NCBI GenBank assembly: GCA_016873635.1
Contig: VGWJ01000012.1
Span: forward strand, 197 to 64,196
Direction: 5' to 3'
Length of the DNA stretch: 64,000 nt
Origin: Lentisphaerota bacterium
Lineage (GTDB): Bacteria; Verrucomicrobiota; Kiritimatiellia; UBA8416; VGWJ01
The notes under the pieces were generated by a model, which made no database searches, was not told the DNA's origin, and saw only the letters and a program-made list of their open reading frames with translations. Position numbers and translations under genes: made by a program. Each line of letters starts with the position of its first letter. The first letter of the stretch is position 1. Shown here one piece after another: positions 55,214-64,000 of this stretch.

Positions 55214-56229
55214 CCCGCCGCGTCCCCGGGCTGTTCAAGGGCCAGGGACCGCAGCGCGGCCTTGAGGCGTTCGAGGCCGGTGCGGGCAAGCGCGGAGACG
55301 GGAACGGGGTCGGTTCCGGTTTCCCGGATGAAACGGGAGAGATGCTCCCCGGCCGCGGGCAGATCCATCTTGTTGGCCACGATCACGCGGGGGCGCTCCG
55401 CGAGGTCCGCGCGGTGCAGCGCCAGCTCCGCGCACAGGATCCGGTAGTCTTCCCAGGGCTCGCGCCCGTCCGCGCCGGCCATGTCGATGACGCAGGCCAG
55501 GCAGCGCGCCCGCTCCACGTGGCGCAGAAAGGCGTGCCCGAGGCCCACCCCGCGGTGCGCGCCGTTGACCAGGCCCGGCACGTCCGCGACGCGGATGCGG
55601 GACAGGTCCTCGAACACGAGCGTGCCCAGGACGGGATTCAGGGTGGTAAACGGGTAAGCCGCGACTTTGGGGTGCGCGTGCGTGATCGACCGCAGCAGCG
55701 ATGACTTGCCCGCGTTGGGAAAACCGACCAGCCCCACGTCGGCCATCAGCCGCAGCTCGAGGCGCAGCGTGGCTTCCCGGCCGGCCTCGGCTTCGCTGTA
55801 GACCTGGTAAATCCGCGCGCCGCCTCCCTTGCAGTGCGCGTTTCCAAGACCGCCCGCGCCGCCCCGCGCCGCGGTCAGCTCCTGGCCGTGGGCCACGACG
55901 TCGCCCAGCATCTCGCCGGTCTCGGCGTCGCGCACTTCGGTGCCGCAGGGAACCGCAATGGAAAGGTCGCGGCCGTTCCGGCCGTGCTGCCGCTTGCCGC
56001 TGCCGTGCCCGCCGTCGGGCGCGCGGCGGTCGGGACGCAGGGCGATCGACGCCAGGGTGTCTTCGTCGCGGTCGCCGCGCAGGATCACGTGGCCGCCGCG
56101 CCCGCCGTCTCCGCCGTCGGGGCCGCCGCGGGGAACGAACTTCTCGCGCCGGAAACTCACGCAGCCCTGTCCGCCGCGCCCGCCGCGGACGCGCAGGACC
56201 ACGCTGTCAACGAACTTGCGGGATTTCAC
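55069..56229 (-). CDS. obg: GTPase Obg.
   Basis: It has an Obg fold (FVDSVVLRVRGGRGGQGCVSFRREKF), a G-domain (GFPNAGKS, DVPG, NKMD) and a C-terminal extension overlapping the epmA 3' end. Confidence 0.8.
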   Translation of the reverse strand: MKSRKFVDSVVLRVRGGRGGQGCVSFRREKFVPRGGPDGGDGGRGGHVILRGDRDEDTLASIALRPDRRAPDGGHGSGKRQHGRNGRDLSIAVPCGTEVRDAETGEMLGDVVAHGQELTAARGGAGGLGNAHCKGGGARIYQVYSEAEAGREATLRLELRLMADVGLVGFPNAGKSSLLRSITHAHPKVAAYPFTTLNPVLGTLVFEDLSRIRVADVPGLVNGAHRGVGLGHAFLRHVERARCLACVIDMAGADGREPWEDYRILCAELALHRADLAERPRVIVANKMDLPAAGEHLSRFIRETGTDPVPVSALARTGLERLKAALRSLALEQPGDAAGHSSGKGTTESMCAAPASSMCRRSMPSATPPQGGSPSRSASRKASSFG

Positions 56230-56245
56230 GCTGGAGGCGGAACGC

Positions 56246-56500
56246 TCAGACCGCGGCCGGAACGAGGACGCTCACGCGCCGTCCGGACCCTTCGAACTTG
56301 ACCACGCCGGTCCGCAGCGCAAAGAGCGTATGGTCTTTGCCGCGCCCGACGTTCCTGCCCGGATGCACCCTGGTGCCGCGCTGCCGGACCAGGATGGATC
56401 CGGCCGACACGGTCTGGCCGCCGAAACGCTTGACGCCCAGGCGCTTCGAACCGCTGTCGCGACCGTTCTTGGCGGAGCCGCCGCTCTTCTTGTGTGCCAT
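56246..56500 (-). CDS. rpmA: 50S ribosomal protein L27.
   Basis: [16 protein letters not shown] is the bL27 N-terminus. Confidence 0.85.
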   Translation of the reverse strand: MAHKKSGGSAKNGRDSGSKRLGVKRFGGQTVSAGSILVRQRGTRVHPGRNVGRGKDHTLFALRTGVVKFEGSGRRVSVLVPAAV

Positions 56501-56510
56501 GGTTTGCTCC

Positions 56511-56828
56511 TCAGCCCGCGATCTCTTCAACCTTCAGGACGGTCTGCTCCTGGCGGTGGCCCACCTTCCGCCTGAATCCCTTGCGGCGGCGTTTGCGGAA
56601 GGCGAACACCTTCTCGCCACGCTTGTGCTCCAGAACCGTGGCGACGACCTTGGCCTTCGGCACGTCCGGCGCGCCTACGCGCAGCTCTTTGCCGTCCGAA
56701 CAGGCCAGCACCGGCGCCAGCTCAACTTTGTTGCCGACCTCGGCGTCGAGCAGCTCGACGACCAGGACGGCGTCCTTCTCAACCCGGTACTGCTTGCCAC
56801 CGGTCTCGACTACGGCGTATGGTTCCAT
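56511..56828 (-). CDS. rplU: 50S ribosomal protein L21.
   Basis: [19 protein letters not shown] is the bL21 N-terminus. rplU, rpmA and obg lie in the conserved operon order. Confidence 0.8.
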   Translation of the reverse strand: MEPYAVVETGGKQYRVEKDAVLVVELLDAEVGNKVELAPVLACSDGKELRVGAPDVPKAKVVATVLEHKRGEKVFAFRKRRRKGFRRKVGHRQEQTVLKVEEIAG

Positions 56829-56964
56829 CAGGAAAGACTCCTGTTTCAGTCCCTGGGACTGGCCGAAACCGCGGAACAATAGGGGATTGCGGCGCGCATG
56901 TCAAGGGCCGGAGAACAATAAATCCGCCCTTTTCACGGCGGCGGCATACCGCTATCAAGTAGGC

Positions 56965-58584
56965 ATGGCAGACGCAGCCGCCGTACGATCAGGCGCGCGG
57001 AGAGTTTTTGTCCCGGTCGCACTCCGCGGCAATGCCGCGCTCGTCTTCTCGGTCGCCGCCGCGCTCGTTTTCACCGGCCTGGTCGGCATCCTTGCATCCC
57101 GGCACGAGATGTGGCGGGATGAGCTGCAGGCCTGGCTCCTGGCGCGCGACTCGTCGTCGCCCGCGGCCCTGCTTTACAACATGCGTTACGAGGGACACCC
57201 CGGTCTCTGGCACCTGATGCTCTGGCCGGTTGCCCGCTTCACCTGGAACCCGGCGGGCATGCAGGCGGTTCACGTGCTGATCGCCGGCTGCTCGGCGTTT
57301 CTCCTCTTCCGCTTCGCGCCTTTTCCGGTTCTCATCAGGCTTCTGGCCGCGTGCGGGTATTTCTTCGCGTACGAATGGGCCGTCATCGCCAGGAACTACG
57401 CCGTCAGCGTGCCGCTGCTCTTTTCCGTCTGCGCCCTCTTCAAAGACCGGTGGCGGAACTTCGTCTATATCGCGTCGCTGCTCTTCCTGCTGTGCCACAC
57501 CAACGTTCACAGCATAATCCTCGCGGGCGTCCTGACCTTCTTCCTCCTCGTCGAGTTCGCCGTGGCCTACGCGGCGAAGGCCCGCAAGGCGGAGCTCTGC
57601 CTGGGACGGGTTGCCGCGGGTTTGTTCATCATCCTCCTGGGGCTCTATACGGGGATCGCGCAGACCGCTCCCCCGCCGGATTCCGGATTCGCCACGCGAT
57701 GGGACTACGGGTGGACCGGGGATCGGCGAAACAGCGCGGCGGAGAAGATCGTCAGCGCTTTCCTTGCGGTGCCCGTGAACGACGCGCGCTTCTGGAACAG
57801 AAACAGGTTCCTGGAGCAATCCGCCGGGGAGAAGGGCCCCAAGCCGGCGCCGATTGCCGGCGACAAGAGGATGCGGTACGGCATGCTGATCCTGTTCGGC
57901 CTGGCCGTGCCGTTCTTCAAGCGCCCCTGGCAGGGGCTGTTCTACCTGTGCGCGTCCTTCGCGTTGCTGGCCTTCTTCTACATCAAGTACCCCGGGGGGC
58001 CCCGGCACCACGGCTTCCTGTATCTCGCCTTCTTCGCGGCGCTGTGGATGTCGCATCACTGCACGCCCTGGCGCTTTCCCTGGCCGCCGCTGGAGGCGGT
58101 TCTCGCTTTCGTCGACCGGCGCCGCGTCTGGCTGTTCGTGCCCCTCTTCGCCGTCCAGGCGTGGGGCGCCGGCACGGCGATCGGCCGGGACTGGAAAGAG
58201 ACTTTTTCAACGGCCAGGGACACGGCGCAGTGGCTGGACGCGGAGTTTCCGGACAGGAGCACGGTCTTCTTCGCCGGGAAGTACGGCCCGTCGTCAAGCG
58301 CCGTGGCCGCCTACCTGCGGCTTGACCGGATGTACTACCTCGAGCGCGGCGAGTTCGGATCCTACATCATCTGGGACGGAAACCGCGGCAGGAACATATC
58401 CGACAGCCTGGCCAGGGAAATCCCGCGCGTCATGGAGCAGACGGGAAAAAAGGCGGTGATCATCAGCGACGGGCCGCTTCGCGCGCCGGGCGGGAAACCG
58501 CTCCGCCTGCTCAAGTCCTTCGGCGGCGCGGTTGAGGTGTCGGAGAACAACTGCGTCTATATCATGGAAGACCCGGACCGCTGA
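56965..58584 (+). CDS. Polytopic membrane protein, a putative GT-C-fold glycosyltransferase (PMT/ArnT-like).
   Basis: It has about 11 TM helices. A DE-type motif (WRDE) sits in the first loop. It is adjacent to a GT4 cluster. Confidence 0.45.
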   Translation: MADAAAVRSGARRVFVPVALRGNAALVFSVAAALVFTGLVGILASRHEMWRDELQAWLLARDSSSPAALLYNMRYEGHPGLWHLMLWPVARFTWNPAGMQAVHVLIAGCSAFLLFRFAPFPVLIRLLAACGYFFAYEWAVIARNYAVSVPLLFSVCALFKDRWRNFVYIASLLFLLCHTNVHSIILAGVLTFFLLVEFAVAYAAKARKAELCLGRVAAGLFIILLGLYTGIAQTAPPPDSGFATRWDYGWTGDRRNSAAEKIVSAFLAVPVNDARFWNRNRFLEQSAGEKGPKPAPIAGDKRMRYGMLILFGLAVPFFKRPWQGLFYLCASFALLAFFYIKYPGGPRHHGFLYLAFFAALWMSHHCTPWRFPWPPLEAVLAFVDRRRVWLFVPLFAVQAWGAGTAIGRDWKETFSTARDTAQWLDAEFPDRSTVFFAGKYGPSSSAVAAYLRLDRMYYLERGEFGSYIIWDGNRGRNISDSLAREIPRVMEQTGKKAVIISDGPLRAPGGKPLRLLKSFGGAVEVSENNCVYIMEDPDR

Positions 58585-58587
58585 CCC

Positions 58588-58747
58588 GAATGGCGCCAAG
58601 ATAAGACAGCTCCGCATGACGTCCTTTGTCGCGAGCTTTGTCGCGAGCTTTGTCGAACCCGCTATGCGCGAACCCCTGGCGACTCCGACGAAGCTCGCGA
58701 CAAAGCTCGCGACAAAGAGGGTGAAGAGGCTTATCTTGGCGCCATTC
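58588..58747. mobile_element. MITE-like 160-bp palindromic element with 18-bp perfect terminal inverted repeats and an 11-bp flanking direct repeat that looks like a target-site duplication.
   Basis: The terminal inverted repeats are GAATGGCGCCAAGATAAG (58588-58605) and CTTATCTTGGCGCCATTC (58730-58747). The flanking direct repeat ACCGCTGACCC sits at 58577-58587 and 58748-58758. The internal 32-bp inverted repeat is built from tandem 12-mers (CTTTGTCGCGAG). Confidence 0.5.
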
Positions 58748-58799
58748 ACCGCTGACCCCGCGGAGGGCGACCGCCCTTTCCGGGGCGGGAAATGCGCCG

Positions 58800-59933
58800 T
58801 CAGCGCGACGGCGCCCGCCCCAGGCAGCGCTCGATGCTGGCGGCCAGGCCGGCGATGAAATGCCGCGTATCGAAGCGCTCCGCGTTGCGGCGGATGGCGT
58901 CCGGATCCCAGCGCGTCCCGGCGGCCCGGTCCACGGCTTCGCGCAGCGCTTCCTCGGTCTGCGCGTGAAAGAAGACGCCGCTGACGCCGTCCCGGACCGT
59001 TTCCAGCGCGCCGCCGACGCCGTAAGCCACCACGGGCTTGCCGCAGGCCTGCGCCTCCAGCGGCACGATGCCGAAATCCTCCTCGCCGGGGAAGACCAGC
59101 AACCGGCAGCCGCGGTAGGCATCGAGGAGTTCCGCGTCGGAACGCCGGCCCAGGAACGTCACGTTCGGCCCGGCCGCCGCCCGCAGCCGCGCGGCTTCGC
59201 CGCCCGCGCCGGCGATCCTCAGCGGGCGGCCGGAAGCGCTGTAGGCCCGCACGGCAAGGTCGACGCGCTTGTAAGGCACCAGCGCCGACACGACAAGGTC
59301 GTAGGATTCCGGCCCCGCGCCGCCGGGAGTGAATCGCGCCGTGTCCACGGGCGGGTAAACCACGTCCGCCTCGCGGCCGTAGAAATCGGCGATGCGCTTG
59401 CGCACGTGGCGGCTGATGGCCACGAAGCGGGTGACGCCCGCGGCGGTGGCGCGGTCCCAGCGCCGCAGGGCCGCCAGCAGGGGCCTGGCCAGCAGCGCCT
59501 TGACCGGATTCGATCCGAAATATTCGCGAAAGAACGTCCAGGCGTAGCGCATGGGCGTGAAGCAGTAGCACAGGTGCGGCGTGCCCGCCGGGACGCGAAC
59601 GCTCTTGGCCACGCAGTGACTGGTGCTGATCAGCAGGTCCGGGCGGCCGACGCGCAGGCTTCTGACGGCGGCCGGAAAGAGCGGGAGCAGGGCGCGGTAA
59701 TGCCGCGTGACGCCCGGCAGGCGCTGCAGCCAGGAGGCGCGAACGGGATGCGCGTTGATCGCCGCGCTGACCGCTGCCGCGTCATGGATCAGGGTGTGCA
59801 CGGCCGCGTCCGGGAAGGCGCGGCACAGTATCTCGAGCACGCGCTCGCCGCCGCGCATGCCCGTCAGCCAGTCGTGGCACAACGCCACGTCGAGCGCGCG
59901 CCAGGAGGCGGGAAAATCCGGTTCGCTGTTCAT
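58800..59933 (-). CDS. GT4-family glycosyltransferase.
   Basis: It has the GT-B C-terminal EX7E region (FPGEEDFGIVPLEAQACGKPVV). Confidence 0.75.
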   Translation of the reverse strand: MNSEPDFPASWRALDVALCHDWLTGMRGGERVLEILCRAFPDAAVHTLIHDAAAVSAAINAHPVRASWLQRLPGVTRHYRALLPLFPAAVRSLRVGRPDLLISTSHCVAKSVRVPAGTPHLCYCFTPMRYAWTFFREYFGSNPVKALLARPLLAALRRWDRATAAGVTRFVAISRHVRKRIADFYGREADVVYPPVDTARFTPGGAGPESYDLVVSALVPYKRVDLAVRAYSASGRPLRIAGAGGEAARLRAAAGPNVTFLGRRSDAELLDAYRGCRLLVFPGEEDFGIVPLEAQACGKPVVAYGVGGALETVRDGVSGVFFHAQTEEALREAVDRAAGTRWDPDAIRRNAERFDTRHFIAGLAASIERCLGRAPSR

Positions 59934-59937
59934 GGCT

Positions 59938-61098
59938 TCATGAGGCGGCCCCGCGGTAAACCTCCAGGGTTTCCGCCGCCGCGCGCTCCCACGTGAACAG
60001 GGCGGCGCGGCGCATGCCGCGCGCGGCCAGGTCCGCCGCCAGCGCGGGATCGCCGAGCACGCGCCCGATCGCGGCGGCGATGCCCTCGACGTCGTCCGGG
60101 TCGACCAGCACCGCCGCGCCGCCGGCAATCTCGGGCAGCGAGCCGGCGTTGCCGCAGATGACGGGCACGCCGCAGGCCATGGCCTCCACCACGGGCAGGC
60201 CGAAACCCTCGTATTTCGAGGGCTGCATCAGGAGGTCGGCGCGCTGATACTCCGCCAGGAGCCGCCCGTCGTCCAGGAAGCCCGTCCAGCGCGCGATCGC
60301 CTCCAGGCCCAGCTCCGCGGCCAGGCGCGGCGCCTCCGGGTAGCGCGGATCGCGCGGCCCCACGATGCGCAGCTCCAGCGGGAACGGGCACAGCCCCCGG
60401 GCGCGGGCCACGGCGCGCAACAGGCCGGTCAGGTTCTTGTAGGGGTCCGCGCGGCCCACGTACAGCAGGCGCGCGGGCCGACCGGGGCCGAAGGCCGCCG
60501 CGCCGCCGCCGCGCCCGGGCGGGGGACGGAACGTCTCGGAGACGCCGTTGAACACCTTGACCACCTTCGAGGCCGAGGACTCCGGAATGCGCAGCGCGCG
60601 GATGACGTCCGCGCGCGACCGCTCGCTGACGGTTATGATCGCGTCCGCGCGCGCGCCGGTCTCCAGCATGAGACGCCGGTAGAGCGGGTAAAGCCTGGCC
60701 TTGCGGGCCCGGGGCGCGTGTTCCGGAAAGAGCATCGGGATTACGTCGTGGATGGTGACCACGCAGGCGGTCCGTCCGCGCCTGCGCCGCGGGAAGGCCA
60801 GGTACGGGATCATGTAGTTGGGCGCGTGGTAGACCTCGACCCCGTGACGCGCGAGCAGGCGCGGCAGGGCGATCTGGCTGCGCGCGGCGAAAACCCCGTG
60901 CGGGAACCGCAGCGGACGGAACCGGTCGCCGGCCTCCGCGCGGCGCATCGCCGCGTCGCGGAGCGCGTCGTCGGCGAAAAGCAGCAGGTACTCGTTCTCG
61001 CGGTCGACCCGCGCCAGGGCGCGGATCAGCTCGCGCGTGTAGGCGCCGATGCCGGAGATCTCGGGGAAGATCCAGCGCGCGTCGATGGCAATTATCAC
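59938..61098 (-). CDS. GT4-family glycosyltransferase.
   Basis: PSKYEGFGLPVVEAMACGVPVI is the GT4 motif. Its GTG start overlaps the upstream stop (GTGA). Its stop lies 4 nt before the next ATG. Confidence 0.75.
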   Translation of the reverse strand: MIIAIDARWIFPEISGIGAYTRELIRALARVDRENEYLLLFADDALRDAAMRRAEAGDRFRPLRFPHGVFAARSQIALPRLLARHGVEVYHAPNYMIPYLAFPRRRRGRTACVVTIHDVIPMLFPEHAPRARKARLYPLYRRLMLETGARADAIITVSERSRADVIRALRIPESSASKVVKVFNGVSETFRPPPGRGGGAAAFGPGRPARLLYVGRADPYKNLTGLLRAVARARGLCPFPLELRIVGPRDPRYPEAPRLAAELGLEAIARWTGFLDDGRLLAEYQRADLLMQPSKYEGFGLPVVEAMACGVPVICGNAGSLPEIAGGAAVLVDPDDVEGIAAAIGRVLGDPALAADLAARGMRRAALFTWERAAAETLEVYRGAAS

Positions 61099-62213
61099 GC
61101 CGTCACCTGTCTGTAGACGTCCGCCGTGCGCCGCGCGGTCTCGGCCCAGGAATAGCGCGCCGCCCGGCGCCGGCCGGCCGCCGCCAGCGCCCGCCTGCCG
61201 GGTTCGTCGGCCAGCAGGCGGGCCACGGTGCCGGCCCACCCGTCCGCGTCAAAGCCCTCAATCAGCCGCGCGCCGTCGCCCAGCACTTCGCGCAGCGCGC
61301 CGCCGCACGACGACACCACCGGCGCGCCGCAGGCCATGGCTTCCAGCGGCGGGAATCCGAATCCCTCGTAGAAGGAGGCGCACAGGAACAGGTCCGCCCC
61401 GGCGTACAGGGACGGCAGGTCGGCGTCCGCGACGTAGGAGATGTACCGGATATCCGCGGCGCGCGGGGACTCGCGCATGCGCCTCAGGATGGGTTCCACG
61501 TGCCAGCCCGCCGTGCCGGCCACCACCAGCGCGCCGCGGTACACGCCTTCCAGCCGCTCGAACACATCCGCCAGGAACGGCAGGTTCTTGCGCGGCTCGA
61601 CCGTGCCGACGGTGAGGAGGTAGGGCCGCGCGATGCCCAGACGGCGCCGCGCCGCCGCGGCCGCGGCCGCGTCGGGCGGACGGAAGCTGTCCGCGATGCC
61701 CAGGTGAATGGGGTGGACGCGGGCGGGGTCCGCCTTCAACAGGGCCGTGATTTCTCCGGCGCTGAAGCGCGAATCGGTTATGATCGCGTCGGCGCGCCGG
61801 GCGGTATCGGCGATGCGCGCCGTCAGATAGCGGCGGTTGCGGGCTTCGGCGAACGCGGGGTAGCGCAAGAAGCTCATGTCGTGGATCGTGACCACGGCCT
61901 TGCCGCCGCGCAGCGGCGGCAGGACGAAGTTGGGGAAGTGGTAGACGTCGGCCTCTCCCGCGAGCCACTGAAAGGGCGGCCAGTTGACGGTCTTCCAGAG
62001 AAACGAAGCGGCGCGGCCGGGCAGCCAGCGCACGGCGCGGGGCCGCGCCCCGGCCGGATCGAACGGCAGACCGCGGCGACGGAAGTCGAAATAGAACAGC
62101 GCCAGCTCCGCGATCGCCGGTTCCGCGGCCAGGTGCTGCACCAGCGACCGCGTGTAGCGGCCCACGCCCGCGCGCTGGGCCAGCACGGACTGAATGTCGA
62201 CGCACACCCGCAT
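61095..62213 (-). CDS. GT4-family glycosyltransferase.
   Basis: ASFYEGFGFPPLEAMACGAPVV is the GT4 motif. An alternative TTG start at 62303 would overlap the upstream stop. Confidence 0.75.
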   Translation of the reverse strand: MRVCVDIQSVLAQRAGVGRYTRSLVQHLAAEPAIAELALFYFDFRRRGLPFDPAGARPRAVRWLPGRAASFLWKTVNWPPFQWLAGEADVYHFPNFVLPPLRGGKAVVTIHDMSFLRYPAFAEARNRRYLTARIADTARRADAIITDSRFSAGEITALLKADPARVHPIHLGIADSFRPPDAAAAAAARRRLGIARPYLLTVGTVEPRKNLPFLADVFERLEGVYRGALVVAGTAGWHVEPILRRMRESPRAADIRYISYVADADLPSLYAGADLFLCASFYEGFGFPPLEAMACGAPVVSSCGGALREVLGDGARLIEGFDADGWAGTVARLLADEPGRRALAAAGRRRAARYSWAETARRTADVYRQVTA

Positions 62214-62299
62214 GCGGAGGAAATTAGCCGCCGCGCGGAGGGGAGTCCACGCTAAAGCGACGGGCGGCCGGCCGGTTGCGTCACGCCGGATTCCGGCCG

Positions 62300-63712
62300 T
62301 CAACCGGCGGAGCGCCGTGCGGCTTTCCCCGGCGCCGCCTCGACGAGCGCCACATCGTCGAACCAGGCCGTGCCGCCGCCTTCCACAACCAGACTGAGCA
62401 AAGCCAGCGGGTCATCGGGTACCGGCCGGAACTCGCATTCCAGCAGCGTCCAGTCGGTGTCGCCCGTCAGCCGTTTTGTTTCGTGCGACGCGCGCACGTC
62501 GCCCCAATTCCAGAAGACCTCGCTCAGGCGCAGGAACGCGCCCCGACCCGTCACGCCGCGGGTCCGCACCCAGGCGCTCAGCCGGTACCGCTTGGCGGAT
62601 TCCAGGAAGATGGCTGTCCCGCAGTCGTTGGCAAACGCCTCCTGCCCGCCCCGCAGGCGCAGGGAGCGCCTGCCGGAATGGGCGACCCGGGAATCCGGTC
62701 TCGCCTCGCGGGTCCACGCGCAGCCGTTGTACGGCGTGCCGCCGGGAATAGGCGTCTCGAAATCGTTCACGACGCCGTACCGGAAACCGGCTTTCACCAT
62801 CCCGCGATCCACCGGCAACATGGCGCGCGCCGCGTCTTCCAGCTCCTTGGCCACGGACAGCGGCAGGCTCACCAGCCGGTAGACCGCCTCGATGTGATAC
62901 AGCCCGTCCCTGCTCCTGCGCCGCGGCGCCATGCCGATAACGTGCTGGTCGTACCACTGGCTGCAGGTCACAAACCGCGTGGGTGTTGACCTGACAATCT
63001 CCAGGAACGGATTCATGTCGCGTTCCGCCACCCAGCCGACAAATCCGCCCTTCGACATATGGGACCACTTGGGGCCGGCCAGCTCCATCCGCGACAGAGG
63101 ATTCTGGTACTGGTAGCAGAACGTGCCGTCGCGCCGGGTCCAGATGCATTTCTGGTAGCGCTTGCGTTCTTCCCGCGACTCCATCAGCCCGGCGGCCAGG
63201 ATGTTGGCATACTCGAACTCGCGCGGCTTCTTCATCCGCAGGTCGAACGCGCCGTCCAGCACGTAGCCCAGCGCCGGATCGAACCGGAGCCTGAAGCCGT
63301 GGGTCATCCGCGCGCCATCCTCCAACGTCTCCCGGTAGTCCAGGCGCAGCGTCGCGCCGCGGCCCCGCGGGCGGGTCAGCTTGCCGCGGCCCGTCCACGT
63401 GGACTGCGGCACGATGGTGATGCGCACGCCGGAGAGCTTGCGCCAGTCGTAGATCGCCGGCATCCTGTACTCGACCGGCGCCCCGCCGGCCGGCGGAAAG
63501 AACCGCAACAGCTCGATCTCGCCGAAGTCCAGGTTCAGGATGCCGATCTTCTGCGCGCCATCCATGATCCACGAGTACTTCTCGCGGTACTTGGGATCCT
63601 CCACCGCCGCAAGATGAAAGGCGGGCGTGTGGGCGTGACGCGGCAGGCCGGCGTAGCATCGGGCCTTCCGGATAAACCTCCGCAGGCGGCCGGCGCTCGT
63701 CGGATCTTTCAT
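62300..63712 (-). CDS. Hypothetical protein in the glycosylation cluster.
   Basis: It is 470 aa with no signal peptide recognised. Its C-terminal ~120 aa resemble a beta-sandwich or carbohydrate-binding module. Confidence 0.45.
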   Translation of the reverse strand: MKDPTSAGRLRRFIRKARCYAGLPRHAHTPAFHLAAVEDPKYREKYSWIMDGAQKIGILNLDFGEIELLRFFPPAGGAPVEYRMPAIYDWRKLSGVRITIVPQSTWTGRGKLTRPRGRGATLRLDYRETLEDGARMTHGFRLRFDPALGYVLDGAFDLRMKKPREFEYANILAAGLMESREERKRYQKCIWTRRDGTFCYQYQNPLSRMELAGPKWSHMSKGGFVGWVAERDMNPFLEIVRSTPTRFVTCSQWYDQHVIGMAPRRRSRDGLYHIEAVYRLVSLPLSVAKELEDAARAMLPVDRGMVKAGFRYGVVNDFETPIPGGTPYNGCAWTREARPDSRVAHSGRRSLRLRGGQEAFANDCGTAIFLESAKRYRLSAWVRTRGVTGRGAFLRLSEVFWNWGDVRASHETKRLTGDTDWTLLECEFRPVPDDPLALLSLVVEGGGTAWFDDVALVEAAPGKAARRSAG

Positions 63713-63830
63713 TAGCCTCCCTTTCGACGGATCACGATGTCATTGAAAAAGACAGACCTTTCTTTGTACACTGCGCGACAAGGTGGTGCAAGCGCATCGT
63801 TCGCCCCGGCGAAAAAGGAGGAGAGAGAAC

Positions 63831-64000
63831 GTGACGACGAAACAGAAGCCCCACCCGCCCTATCTCGGCGCCGCCTACTACCCGGAAGCCTGGCCGCTGG
63901 AACAGGTTGACGACGACATCAGGCTCATGCTCAAGGCCGGCATGAACGTCATGCGCGTCGGCGAGTTCGCCTGGCAGCGCATGGAGCCGCGGGAGGGGCG
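63831..64000 (+). CDS. GH42-family beta-galactosidase, N-terminal fragment truncated by the window edge.
   Basis: YLGAAYYPEAWP is the GH42 N-terminal signature. An AAGGAGG RBS precedes the GTG start. A TTGAAA-18-TACACT promoter-like element lies at 63743-63772. Confidence 0.55.
   Translation, partial: MTTKQKPHPPYLGAAYYPEAWPLEQVDDDIRLMLKAGMNVMRVGEFAWQRMEPREG

Noticed and set aside
58532-58858. A 108-aa ORF with a VASFVASFV / KLATKLATK repeat peptide.
   Set aside because: It reads straight through the MITE-like palindrome, so the peptide repeats are just the DNA tandem repeats translated. It overlaps the 3' ends of both flanking genes.

Overview
This is a high-GC (about 70%) bacterial chromosomal window, probably from a PVC-type genome (Verrucomicrobia/Lentisphaerae/Kiritimatiellae-like), with dense coding on both strands. 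Most of it is housekeeping genes and a glycosylation cluster, but four regions stand out.

Layout, in order:
- 1-7037: a highly non-canonical F-type ATPase operon with two tandem alpha paralogs, a short epsilon, c, a fused b/delta, gamma and beta. No a-subunit gene lies in the window.
- 7143-17325: a type II secretion / type IV pilus-like cluster on the same strand (gspE, gspF, an HExxH metalloprotease-like gene, gspG, three minor pseudopilins, a PilM-PilN/GspL-like fusion, a PilO/GspM-like gene and a MORN-repeat membrane protein). It has no secretin or prepilin peptidase gene.
- 17340-20760: a lower-GC island with three signal-peptide proteins, the last ending in a PEP-CTERM sorting signal.
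- 20930-56828: housekeeping genes (PPIase, recO, ybeY, 7TM-HD, holA, tRNA-Thr, ilvC, rfbB, NUDIX, yihY, uvrD, a standalone EF-G, dinB, nifU-nifS, malic enzyme, tRNA-Cys, aroK, gyrB-gyrA, efp-epmA, rplU-rpmA-obg).
- 45302-48732, inside that stretch: a sugar-nucleotide module (GmhB-like phosphatase, a fused GHMP-kinase/nucleotidyltransferase, UDP-xylose synthase-like).
- 56965-64000: a glycosylation cluster (GT-C-like membrane protein, three GT4 transferases, a hypothetical protein, the start of a GH42 beta-galactosidase).

The most notable non-genic feature is a 160-bp palindromic element at 58588-58747 with perfect 18-bp terminal inverted repeats and an 11-bp flanking direct repeat, which looks like a MITE insertion with a target-site duplication. 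Two G-tract/C-tract palindromic low-complexity elements are also recorded. The many long antisense ORFs in the six-frame track are GC-rich frame artefacts and are not reported as genes.
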